From an uncultured Rhodospirillaceae bacterium (GTDB taxonomy: Bacteria; Pseudomonadota; Alphaproteobacteria; SP197), in contig CALGGB010000278.1 in assembly GCA_937880925.1 (NCBI GenBank), forward strand, positions 1 through 58,572: a stretch of 58,572 nt of DNA, in the 5' to 3' direction. This document shows, piece by piece, positions 1-8,886 of this stretch; the first letter of the stretch is position 1, and every line of letters starts with the position of its first letter. The translations under genes were made by a program, and so were the position numbers. The notes beneath the pieces were generated by a model, which was given only the letters and a program-made list of their open reading frames with translations, was not told the origin of the DNA and did not search any database.

Positions 1-1097
1 CCCGCCCGGTCGCCGGGTTCCACGAGCAGGCCGTTGGCGCCGTCGACGATCAGCTCGGGCACCGCCGAGACGCGGGTCGCGACCACGGCAAGGCCCTGGC
101 TCTGGGCTTCCATCAGCACATTGGGCAGGCCGTCGCGGTCGCCGTCGCCGGCAATACGCGGGGCAAGGCAGAAGAGATCGGCCTGCCGGTAGGCTGCCAG
201 CACCTCCTCCTGGGGCCGGGCACCCATCCAGGTGAGCCGCGCGGCGAGCCCCGCCTCTGCCGCCTGGCGTTGCAGGGCCTCCTTCAGCGGCCCCCCGCCG
301 ATGTGGGTCAGGTGCCAGGAAAGACCCGCGGGCAGCAGGGCAAGGGCGCCGATGAGATCATCCAGGCCCTTCTTTTCCACCGCCCGCCCGACCGCGATCA
401 GCATGACCGGATCGGCAGGCGCGCCCTCCTTTGCAGGCAGGCTGCCGTTACGCGGCGGGCGCACCGGTCCGGCAGGCCAGCGCGAAAGATCGAGGCCGTG
501 ATAGACCAGCCCGACCCTGCCCGGCGGCGCCAGGCGGGCCAGATGATCGCGGTTGGCCGCCGTGCAGGTCACCAGCCACCGGCAGTCTGCGAGTTTTTCG
601 GAGAGCTCCCAGTCGGGCGAGGTGTAGATGTCCTTGGCGTGGGCCGAACCGCTCCAGGGCAGGCCGGCCATGATCGCGGCGTAGCGGGCGACCGAGGCCG
701 GGGTGTGCAGGAAATGGGCATGCAGCCATCCCACGCGCGGCGCGACCTCGGTTGCCAGCACACAGGCCTGGCCGAAACGGCGGATGCGGTTGGCGCTGCG
801 GTCGCGGGCAAGATCGGCGCGCCAGATGCGCCAGGCCCTGGCGTAACCCGGCAGGCGGCGGGCACGCGCCCAGGCGGCCAGCACACGCAGGGGCTCGCGG
901 TGAAGGTATTCGGGCAGATAGGTGATCCGCGCCTTGATCTCGCGGTGGACCGGATGCACGGAAGCGTCCGTTGGATGGCGCAGCGAGACGATCTCGATGG
1001 CCAGACCGCGGCGCTCCAGCGCGGCGATTTCCTGGGCGATGAAGGTTTCCGAGAGACGCGGATAACCCTTCAGGATGAAGGCGACCGGAGGGCTCAA
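1..1097 (-). CDS. Glycosyltransferase family 4 (WcaL-like); runs off the left edge
   Basis: Not in the ORF track because it is open at the edge. Read by hand from TTG at 1097 (TTGA overlap with upstream gene): LSPPVAFILKGYPRLSETFIAQEI...SVGRAVEKKG...GDRDGLPNVLMEAQSQG, the GT4 motifs. Confidence 0.9.
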   Translation of the reverse strand, partial: MSPPVAFILKGYPRLSETFIAQEIAALERRGLAIEIVSLRHPTDASVHPVHREIKARITYLPEYLHREPLRVLAAWARARRLPGYARAWRIWRADLARDRSANRIRRFGQACVLATEVAPRVGWLHAHFLHTPASVARYAAIMAGLPWSGSAHAKDIYTSPDWELSEKLADCRWLVTCTAANRDHLARLAPPGRVGLVYHGLDLSRWPAGPVRPPRNGSLPAKEGAPADPVMLIAVGRAVEKKGLDDLIGALALLPAGLSWHLTHIGGGPLKEALQRQAAEAGLAARLTWMGARPQEEVLAAYRQADLFCLAPRIAGDGDRDGLPNVLMEAQSQGLAVVATRVSAVPELIVDGANGLLVEPGDRA

Positions 1098-2362
1098 CGT
1101 CCGGTCGAACGCTGATCCCCGGCGGCCACCGTCAGGCGGCCCTGGCGCACGGCGTGCGGCGTGCCCGGCGCCTCGCGGCCTTCGGCGAGGTGCATCATCA
1201 CGAGGCGGTTGACGTTCTCCAGGCCGTCGAGCAGACCCGGCACCACCACCTGGCTGGGCCGGCGCTGCTGCATCAGCTGGCGGATCGCGGTCGCCATGGC
1301 GTCGGGCAGGGCTGCCTTGTCCTCGGTCAGCATGGCGATCAGGCCCAGCTCCTGGGCGCGGCTGGCGCGGATGAGCTGCTCGCGGCGCGGCATCTGGCGC
1401 GGCACGATGAGGGCGGGTTTGTCGAAGGAGAGGATCTCGCAGAAGGTGTTGTAGCCGCCCATGGCGACAACCGCCGAGGCTGCCGACATCAGCGCCTCCA
1501 TGTGGGCATCGAAGGTGATCGCCGAAACGCTCTTCAGCTTTTCCACCCGCTCCTGGAACTCCGCCTTGGCTTCGGGCTGCATGAAGGGACCAAAGACGAT
1601 GAGGGCGGGAATTTCCGGCGCCATCGGCGACTCATAGGCCTTGAGCACCCAGTCGACCAGCGCCTCACCGTCGCCGCCGCCGCCGGTGGTGACCAGCACG
1701 AAGGGTTTGGTGATGCCCTCGGGCAGGGGTGCTGCCGGCGGCATCTGGGGCACGGTGCGCTCCAAGTAGCCGGTATAGACCATCTTGCGGCGCACCGACT
1801 GGGGCACGTCGATCTCGGCCAGGGGGTCGTGCACCTGGGGCAGGCCATAGACCCAGATCTCGTCATAGAGATCGCGCAACGCCGGCACGACCTTCTTGCG
1901 CCGCCATTCGGGCTTGAGCAGCACGGGATCGTCCATGACGTCGCGCAGGCCCAGGATGATGCGGGTGCCGCGCGCCTTCAGCATCTCGATCGTCTCGCGC
2001 ACCTCGCCGCGCAGGCCCAGCGGCTCCTTGTCGATCAGGAAGATGTCGGGATCGAAGATATCGGCGGTGTGCTGGATGATCGAGGCCCGCATCGCCATCG
2101 TCTGGTCGGTGTCGAGCAGCAGGTTGAGCGAGGTGTATTCGCCGTTCCTGAGCTTGATGACGCCAGGCACACGCACGAAATCGACGCGCGCGCGGAAGTC
2201 AAAGCTGCCGATGATGGGTGAGCCCGAGAGGATCAGCACGGTCAGATTGTCGACCGCACCGACCATGGCGTGCGCAATCGCACGACAGCGCCTGAGGTGG
2301 CCCAGGCCGAAGCTGTCGTGGCTGTAGATCAGCACACGCGGTCGCTGCGTCACCGAGGCCAT
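1094..2362 (-). CDS. Predicted GT-B glycosyltransferase (COG4671-like)
   Basis: YSHDSFGLGHLRR N-terminal motif, VTTGGGGDG, MGGYNTFCEIL and PRREQLIRA; ATG at 2362. Confidence 0.85.
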   Translation of the reverse strand: MASVTQRPRVLIYSHDSFGLGHLRRCRAIAHAMVGAVDNLTVLILSGSPIIGSFDFRARVDFVRVPGVIKLRNGEYTSLNLLLDTDQTMAMRASIIQHTADIFDPDIFLIDKEPLGLRGEVRETIEMLKARGTRIILGLRDVMDDPVLLKPEWRRKKVVPALRDLYDEIWVYGLPQVHDPLAEIDVPQSVRRKMVYTGYLERTVPQMPPAAPLPEGITKPFVLVTTGGGGDGEALVDWVLKAYESPMAPEIPALIVFGPFMQPEAKAEFQERVEKLKSVSAITFDAHMEALMSAASAVVAMGGYNTFCEILSFDKPALIVPRQMPRREQLIRASRAQELGLIAMLTEDKAALPDAMATAIRQLMQQRRPSQVVVPGLLDGLENVNRLVMMHLAEGREAPGTPHAVRQGRLTVAAGDQRSTGR

Positions 2363-2504
2363 CCCGGTTCCCTTCCCCAACGGGGGGGTAACTATGCCAC
2401 ACGGCGAAGAATGACAAAAGCCGGAGAGAAGGTTCGTTTACGGCCCGGCTGACGATGGCCTAGACTGGCGCCGAATTGGGGCTCGGGGGAGACGGTCTGC
2501 CGTC

Positions 2505-5204
2505 ATGGATCGGACCATTTACGGTTTTGTCTTTCGTTTTTCGAAGCGGGAGCAGGTGTTTATCCTGCTCTTTACCGTACTCTCGCTGCCGTTCTATTAC
2601 GTCTCCCTTGATATCCCCAAGCTGATCGTCAACAACATCCTGAACGAAGTGACGGTCGAATACTCTTCCGGCTCGGTTTCGGCCGGGGTCGACGTGGCGC
2701 CCCGCAGCTTTGTCCTGCTGGGCTACGAGCTCTTCGATCTGCACCGCCTCTGGCTTCTGGCGCTCTACAGCGGCCTGTTCCTGCTGCTGGTGCTGATCAA
2801 CGGCGGCTTCAAATACTTCATCAACGTCTACAAGGGCCGCCTGGGCGAGCGCATGCTGCGCCGCCTGCGTTATCAGCTCTACAGCCGTATCCTGCGCTTT
2901 CCCCTGCCCCACTTCCGCCGGGTCAGCGCGGGCGAACTGATTCCGATGATCACCCAGGAGGTCGAACCCCTGGGCGGCTTCATCGGCGATGCGCTGGCCC
3001 TGCCGATGTACCAGGGCGGCCTGCTGATCACGGCGCTGATCTTCATTTTCATGCAGGACTTCTGGATGGGGCTGGCCTCCATCTCGCTTTATCCCGTGCA
3101 GGGCTGGATCATTCCGAAGCTGCAGAAGCGCGTGAACCTGCTGGGCAAGGAGCGCGTGCGCGAGGTGAGGAAACTCTCCGAACGCATCGCCGAGACGGTG
3201 CATTCGGCCGAGGAGATGCATGCCAACGGCATGGCGCGCTGGGAACTGGCCGAATTCACCCAGCGCATGGGGCGGATCTTCGAAATCCGCTTCGACATCT
3301 ACAACAAGAAGTTCTTCATCAAGTTCCTCAACAGCATCCTCGCGCAGATGACGCCGTTCTTCTTCTACGCGATCGGCGGTTATTTCGTGATCACGGGCGA
3401 CCTGTCGCTGGGTGGTCTGGTGGCCGTGCTCACGGCCTACAAGGACCTGCCGCCGCCCTGGAAGGAACTGCTCAACCACTATCAGATCCAGGCCGACGCC
3501 GGGATCAAGTACGACCAGGTCGTCGCCCAGTTCGCCACACCGGGCATGCGTGACGACAACATCGTCTTCGGCGATGCCGAGGTGCCGCGGCTGGAAGGCA
3601 AGCTGGCCGCGGTCAACCTGAAGTACGAGGAAGACGGCGATCTGCTGATCGAGAACCTGACCGCCGATATCCCGCTCGCCAGCCATGTCGCGGTGGTCGG
3701 CGACGCCACCAGCGGCAAGGGGCATCTGGCCCTGGTCCTGGCACGCCTGCTCGACAGCACCGGCGGCACCCTGCGGTTTGGCGATAGGGACGCCAGCCAG
3801 CTCGGCGAGGCCGCGACCGGCAAGCAGATCGGCTTTGTGGGCGCAACCTCGCACCTGTTTTCGGCCCGTCTGATCGACAACCTGCTCTACGGCATCCGCC
3901 AGAAGCCCCAGGCCCCGCGCGAAGCCGAGAGCGACGCCAAGCGCCGCGCCCTGGCCCGCTACATCGACGAAGCCGGCAAGACAGGCAACAGCCTGGACGA
4001 CCCGGATGCCGACTGGATCGACATGGAGAGCCTCGGCATCGCCGACCGGGAGGCGCTGATCGAGGCGGTGCGCCATGCCCTGGCCATCGCCGACATGGAA
4101 AACGACGTCTATCTGCTGGGCCTGCGCGGCACGCTGGATCCCGAGGCGCGACCCGATGCCGCCCGCCGCCTGCTGGAGGCGCGCCACATGCTGCAGAAGC
4201 GCCTCAGCGAAAAGGCCTACAGCGGGCTCGTCGAATCCTTCGACCGCAGCGCCTACAACCTCAACGCCACGGTTGGCGAGAACCTGCTGTTCGGTACGCC
4301 GGTGGGCGATGCCTTCGACCTCGACCAGCTTCCCCAGAACGCCTACGTCATGGAGATCCTGGGCAAGGCCGGACTGGTCGAGGATCTGCTCTCCATCGGC
4401 CACGAGGTCGCCCAGACCATGGTCGAGCTGTTCGCCGGCCTGCCGCCCGACCACGAATACTTCGCCCAGTTCTCCTTCATCAGCCTGGATGACCTGCCCG
4501 ACTACCAGGCGATTCTGCGCAAGGTCGAACGCGACGGTCTCGACAAGCTGGAGGAGGCCGACCGCATGAAGCTGCTGGCCCTGCCGTTCAAGCTGTCGCC
4601 GGCGCGCCACCGCCTGGGCCTGATCGACGAGGCCTTCCAGGCGCGCATCCTGGAGGCGCGCAAGGCCTTCGCCGAGAATCTGCCCGAGAAGCTGCGCAGC
4701 GCCGTCGAGTTCTTCGATGTCGACCGTTACAACGCGGCCTCCTCGCTGCAGGACAACATCCTGTTCGGCAAGCTGGTCTACGGTCGCGCCCAGGCGCAGT
4801 CGAAGGTGGGCGAGCTGATGTCGCAGGTGATCGAGACGCTCAACCTGCGCTCGGCGGTGGTCGAGGTCGGCCTCGACTTCGAGGTCGGCATCGGAGGCGC
4901 CCGCCTGTCGCCCGCACAGCGCCAGAAGGCCTCGATCGCCCGCGCCGTGCTCAAGCATCCCGCGATCCTGATCCTCTCGGAAGCCACCGCATCGCTGGAC
5001 GGTTCCTCGCAGAGCACCATATTGAGAAACGTGCGCGAAGAGTTTGCCGGCCGCGCGCTGATCTGGGTGATGCACCGCCCGAGTCAGGCGCGCGGCTTCG
5101 ATCGTGTGCTGGTGATGGCGAACGGCCGCCTGGTCGAGCGCGGCACCTTTGACGAGCTGGTCGAAAAAGGCTCGCTGATGAACGAGCTGATCGCGGCCGA
5201 ATAA
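2505..5204 (+). CDS. Fused ABC transporter permease/ATP-binding protein with a large insertion in a degenerate NBD
   Basis: N-terminal multi-TM ABC membrane domain; Walker A-like GDATSGKG, signature-like LSPAQRQK, Walker B-like ILILSEAT, H-loop VMHRP; 899 aa. Confidence 0.88.
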   Translation: MDRTIYGFVFRFSKREQVFILLFTVLSLPFYYVSLDIPKLIVNNILNEVTVEYSSGSVSAGVDVAPRSFVLLGYELFDLHRLWLLALYSGLFLLLVLINGGFKYFINVYKGRLGERMLRRLRYQLYSRILRFPLPHFRRVSAGELIPMITQEVEPLGGFIGDALALPMYQGGLLITALIFIFMQDFWMGLASISLYPVQGWIIPKLQKRVNLLGKERVREVRKLSERIAETVHSAEEMHANGMARWELAEFTQRMGRIFEIRFDIYNKKFFIKFLNSILAQMTPFFFYAIGGYFVITGDLSLGGLVAVLTAYKDLPPPWKELLNHYQIQADAGIKYDQVVAQFATPGMRDDNIVFGDAEVPRLEGKLAAVNLKYEEDGDLLIENLTADIPLASHVAVVGDATSGKGHLALVLARLLDSTGGTLRFGDRDASQLGEAATGKQIGFVGATSHLFSARLIDNLLYGIRQKPQAPREAESDAKRRALARYIDEAGKTGNSLDDPDADWIDMESLGIADREALIEAVRHALAIADMENDVYLLGLRGTLDPEARPDAARRLLEARHMLQKRLSEKAYSGLVESFDRSAYNLNATVGENLLFGTPVGDAFDLDQLPQNAYVMEILGKAGLVEDLLSIGHEVAQTMVELFAGLPPDHEYFAQFSFISLDDLPDYQAILRKVERDGLDKLEEADRMKLLALPFKLSPARHRLGLIDEAFQARILEARKAFAENLPEKLRSAVEFFDVDRYNAASSLQDNILFGKLVYGRAQAQSKVGELMSQVIETLNLRSAVVEVGLDFEVGIGGARLSPAQRQKASIARAVLKHPAILILSEATASLDGSSQSTILRNVREEFAGRALIWVMHRPSQARGFDRVLVMANGRLVERGTFDELVEKGSLMNELIAAE

Positions 5205-5227
5205 GCCGCAACCATGGAGTACCCGCA

Positions 5228-5701
5228 ATGAGCCTGCAGCAGGATGTCGACCTTCTCCGTAACATCCCGCTCTTTGCCAAGATCGAGCCCAGCAAGCTGA
5301 AGCTGCTCGCCTTCACGGCGCAGCGTCTGAGCTTCGGCGAGGGCGACGTGATCTGCGAGCAGGGCGACGAGGGTGATTCGGCCTACATCATCATCGATGG
5401 CGAGGCCGACGTGATCGTGGCCACCGACGCCGGGCCGGTGACCGTGGCGACCCTGAAAAAGAACGATTTCCTGGGCGAGACCGCGATCCTGTGCGACGTG
5501 CCCCGCACCGCCACGGTCCAGGCCAGGACCGACCTGGAGACCCTGATGATCTCCAAGGACCTGTTTTTCCAGCTCGTTTCCCAGTTCCCGTCGATGTCGA
5601 TCGAGATCATGCGCGAACTGGCCCGCCGCGTGGAACGCACCACCGCACAACTGCGCGAGGCCGTTTCCCACAGCAGCGGCCATGCCGTGACACGGCGTTG
5701 A
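5228..5701 (+). CDS. Stand-alone cyclic nucleotide-binding domain protein
   Basis: QGDEGDSAYIIIDGEA, FLGETAILCDVPRTATV (phosphate-binding cassette); no HTH. Confidence 0.9.
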   Translation: MSLQQDVDLLRNIPLFAKIEPSKLKLLAFTAQRLSFGEGDVICEQGDEGDSAYIIIDGEADVIVATDAGPVTVATLKKNDFLGETAILCDVPRTATVQARTDLETLMISKDLFFQLVSQFPSMSIEIMRELARRVERTTAQLREAVSHSSGHAVTRR

Positions 5702-6183
5702 GCCGCCTCGACAGCGTCATCCGCCGGCTGACCGCCCAGCGCGCCTGCCTGGGCCTGGCGGCCGAGATGATCGCCAGCCGGACGGGCCATGTCCTGGAAC
5801 TGGGCCTGGGCAACGGCCGTACGTTCGACCATCTGCGCGAGATCCTGGAGGGGCGGGAAATCTACTGCTTCGACCGCCAGGTTGCAGCCCATCCAGACTG
5901 CATCCCAGACGAGGACCACCTGTTCCTGGGCGAACTGGAGGACACCCTGCCGCGCGCCATTGCCCGGCTTGGCGCCGGTGCGGCCCTGGTGCATGTCGAC
6001 ATCGGCAGCGGCGACGAAGCCGCCAGCCGGGCACTGGGCGCCTGGCTGGCCGATCACCTGCCTCCGCTGCTGGCCCCCGGAGCCGTGCTTGTCTCCGATC
6101 AGCCGCTGCCCCACCCGGGCTGGCAGCAGAACGCCTTGCCCGAGGGCGTCAAACCAGGCCGGTATTTCATCTATCGCGCGTGA
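5698..6183 (+). CDS. Small class I SAM-dependent methyltransferase (Methyltransf_17-like)
   Basis: TTG at 5698 overlapping the upstream stop; SRLDSVIRRLTAQR...VLELGLGNGRTFDHLRE. Confidence 0.8.
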   Translation: MSRLDSVIRRLTAQRACLGLAAEMIASRTGHVLELGLGNGRTFDHLREILEGREIYCFDRQVAAHPDCIPDEDHLFLGELEDTLPRAIARLGAGAALVHVDIGSGDEAASRALGAWLADHLPPLLAPGAVLVSDQPLPHPGWQQNALPEGVKPGRYFIYRA

Positions 6184-6274
6184 ATCGGCACCTTTTCCAA
6201 CCGTTTTCCCCTGCCGGGTCTTGCCAGCAACCCCAGCGTGTCCATCATGCAGGCGGGATCAGGAAACGAGGACA

Positions 6275-6634
6275 ATGCAACAGGACCATCTTGCGGTCAT
6301 CGACCGCAGCGCACTCCACGCACTGGAAGCAGTGCTGGGTGCCGAGCGCATGAAGAGTTTCATCGGCGAATACCTCGTCCAGGCACAGCGGCTCGACAGC
6401 GACCTGCGCCGTGCCTGGTCAAGGCACGACTGGGAGGCGACCTACCGGCCGGCCCACAATCTGGTTTCCAATGCCGGCAACTTCGGCGCGCAGAAGGTCG
6501 CCGCACTGGCCGATGCGATCCAGCATGCCGCGCGCGAGCACGACGAGGCCGCACTGGAGGCCGCACTGGAACCACTGTCTGAAGCACTGATCGAGGCCGC
6601 CAAGGAACTCAAGCGCCTGTATCCGCAGGACTAG
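6275..6634 (+). CDS. Stand-alone Hpt (histidine phosphotransfer) domain protein
   Basis: GAGGA SD before ATG 6275; all-helical 119 aa with AHNLVSNAGNFGA phospho-His motif. Confidence 0.8.
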   Translation: MQQDHLAVIDRSALHALEAVLGAERMKSFIGEYLVQAQRLDSDLRRAWSRHDWEATYRPAHNLVSNAGNFGAQKVAALADAIQHAAREHDEAALEAALEPLSEALIEAAKELKRLYPQD

Positions 6635-6696
6635 AGCACATCATCTCTATGTGGAATCGCATTGCGATGCCGCATTAGAGATGTGAATCCGCTCTA
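6632..6696. repeat. TAGAGC...GCTCTA palindromic intergenic repeat, single-arm copy (CIR/RIME-like)
   Basis: Hairpin TAGAGC-ACAT-CATCTCTA...TAGAGATG-TGA-ATCC-GCTCTA; terminal TAG/CTA are the stops of the Hpt gene and gshB. Confidence 0.85.
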
Positions 6697-7641
6697 ACGC
6701 GCGGCCAGGCGGCGATCGATGGCGTCCCACAGGGTCGCTTCCAGCTTCACGCCGTCGAAACGGTTGATTTCCTGGATACCGGTGGGCGAGGTGACGTTGA
6801 TCTCGGTGAGATAGCCGCCGATGACGTCGATGCCGACCAGGATCATGCCGCGACGGGCCAGCTCCGGCCCGATGGTCTGGCAGATCTCGCGTTCGCGCTC
6901 CGTCAGCGTCGAGGCCACCGGCTTGCCGCCGACATGCATGTTCGAGCGGGATTCACCGGCCGCCGGAATGCGGTTGATCGCACCCACGGGTTTGCCGTCG
7001 ATCAGGATGATGCGCTTGTCACCCTCGCGCACGGCGGCGACATACTTCTGCACGATCACCGGCTCGCGGAACATCTGGGTGAACATTTCCAGCAGGGCGC
7101 CCAGGTTCTCGTCGCCGGGCTTCAGGTGGAAGACACCGGCGCCGCCGTTGCCGTAGAGCGGCTTGACGATGATGTCCTCATGCTCCTCGCGGAAATCGCG
7201 GATCGCCTGGGGCGAGGTCGCGATCAGCGTGGGCGGCATGACCCCCTCGAACTGCGTGACGAAGATCTTCTCAGGCGCGTTCCGCACCTCTGCGGGATCG
7301 TTCACCACCAGGGTCCTGGGGTGAATCTTCTCCAGCAGGTGCGTGGCGGTGATGTAGGCCATGTCGAAGGGCGGGTCCTGGCGCATCAGGACGACGTCCA
7401 TCTCCGCAAGGTCCATCAGCGCCGGGTTGCCCAGGGTGACGTGGTCGCCCTTCTGGCGCCGCAGGAACATCGGGCGGGCATAGGCCAGCACCTTGCCTTC
7501 GCGGAAGATCAGATCGCGCGTGGTGTAGAAGTACACCGCATGGCCGCGCTCCTGCGCTTCCAGCGACATGACGAAGGTGGTGTCGGCATCGATGTCGATG
7601 CCCTGCACCGGGTCCATCTGGACCGCGACGGATAGCGCCAT
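6694..7641 (-). CDS. gshB: Glutathione synthetase
   Basis: [45 protein letters not shown]. Confidence 0.97.
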   Translation of the reverse strand: MALSVAVQMDPVQGIDIDADTTFVMSLEAQERGHAVYFYTTRDLIFREGKVLAYARPMFLRRQKGDHVTLGNPALMDLAEMDVVLMRQDPPFDMAYITATHLLEKIHPRTLVVNDPAEVRNAPEKIFVTQFEGVMPPTLIATSPQAIRDFREEHEDIIVKPLYGNGGAGVFHLKPGDENLGALLEMFTQMFREPVIVQKYVAAVREGDKRIILIDGKPVGAINRIPAAGESRSNMHVGGKPVASTLTEREREICQTIGPELARRGMILVGIDVIGGYLTEINVTSPTGIQEINRFDGVKLEATLWDAIDRRLAAR

Positions 7642-7712
7642 GCGGCAAGTCCCTTCAGAGGCGGCGCGGCCGATGCCGCAGCGGCCTTCTGCTTAACACG
7701 GCAACGAAAGGA

Positions 7713-8303
7713 TCAGCCAGAGCTCCCCATCACGCGGACGTGGCTGACGACCTGCTTGACCCCTGAAATCGTGCGCGCGTTGTCGATCACCCGCTGCAGC
7801 TCGGCCTGGTTCTGGGCGATGCCGGTCAGATAGACGATCTGGCCCACCGTATCGACATTGTAGTTGATCGCCTGGACCTGGCTGTCGAACAGCAGATCGG
7901 CGCGCAGCTCGTTGGAGATGCGCACATCGGTCATGTAGCTGCCGATGCCGCCCTTGTCGGTCACCTGGATCTCGTTGATGACCTCCTTGACGCCCTCGGC
8001 CTGCCAGGCAAGGCGCACCGCCTCGACCCGGTCCTGGGGATCCTCGACCTTGCCGGTGAGCAGCACACGGCCTTCGGTGACGTCGATGGAGACGTCCTGG
8101 AACAGCTTTTCGTTGTAGCTGAACAGGCTTTCGCTGACGGCGACATTGATCGTGGCATCGTCGATCTGGGTGCCGACCGAGCGTTGCTCGGCAACGGCGA
8201 TGCCGCCGGTGGCGGCCGCACCGACAAAAAACCCGACACAGCCCGAGGACAGCAGTCCGGTGGCGCACAGGGCAAGGATCGTGACGAAGCGCGAAAGCGT
8301 CAT
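7713..8303 (-). CDS. Dual BON-domain lipoprotein (DolP/YraP-like)
   Basis: Lipobox LSSGC after ATG 8303; two BON repeats (GRVLLTG, VYLTG); adjacent to yraN. Confidence 0.88.
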   Translation of the reverse strand: MTLSRFVTILALCATGLLSSGCVGFFVGAAATGGIAVAEQRSVGTQIDDATINVAVSESLFSYNEKLFQDVSIDVTEGRVLLTGKVEDPQDRVEAVRLAWQAEGVKEVINEIQVTDKGGIGSYMTDVRISNELRADLLFDSQVQAINYNVDTVGQIVYLTGIAQNQAELQRVIDNARTISGVKQVVSHVRVMGSSG

Positions 8304-8390
8304 CGTTGGTGGTCCCTCATGTTCTGGTCGGTTACAGTATAGATTCGGCAAGGCCATTGGCACACCACAAGCCGACATTTTTGCGGCGCT

Positions 8391-8756
8391 TCATGGTCTC
8401 CAGACATCCCGGTGGTGACGCGGCAAATGGCCCGCGACAATCTCGATCAGATCAAAACGCCTGTCGCAACCGGCCAGTTGCGCGCGGCGGGCAACATAAC
8501 CGTCGAGCGCCGCGGCGATTCGTTGCCACTGGCGGGGTGCCACCAGTTCGGCCTCGTCGCGCCGGCGCGCCTTGACCTCGCAGGCGACCAGCAGTTTGCC
8601 GCGCCGGGCCAGGATGTCGATTTCTCCGCCCGGCCCGCGCAGGCGCCGCTCCAGAATGCGAAAGCCCTGGGCCATCAGCAACAGGCCCGCCAGGGTTTCG
8701 GCGCGGCGGCCGTAACGCTCGGCGCGGCGCCGCGCGGGATCGGCAGGGCGCGCCAT
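8391..8756 (-). CDS. yraN: YraN family (UPF0102) protein
   Basis: GRRAETLA, GEIDILARRG, CEVKAR, RFDLI. Confidence 0.92.
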   Translation of the reverse strand: MARPADPARRRAERYGRRAETLAGLLLMAQGFRILERRLRGPGGEIDILARRGKLLVACEVKARRRDEAELVAPRQWQRIAAALDGYVARRAQLAGCDRRFDLIEIVAGHLPRHHRDVWRP

Positions 8757-8886
8757 GCGTTAGACCTTCACCGCGGCGACGGAGGATGGATTCGTTCTGT
8801 GCATGATGGGCTCTCGTGGCCTTCTCATTTCCGCCCGCTTCGCGAAAGATGATAACAGAGGCGCAGCCGCCACGGAGAGAGCAGCC

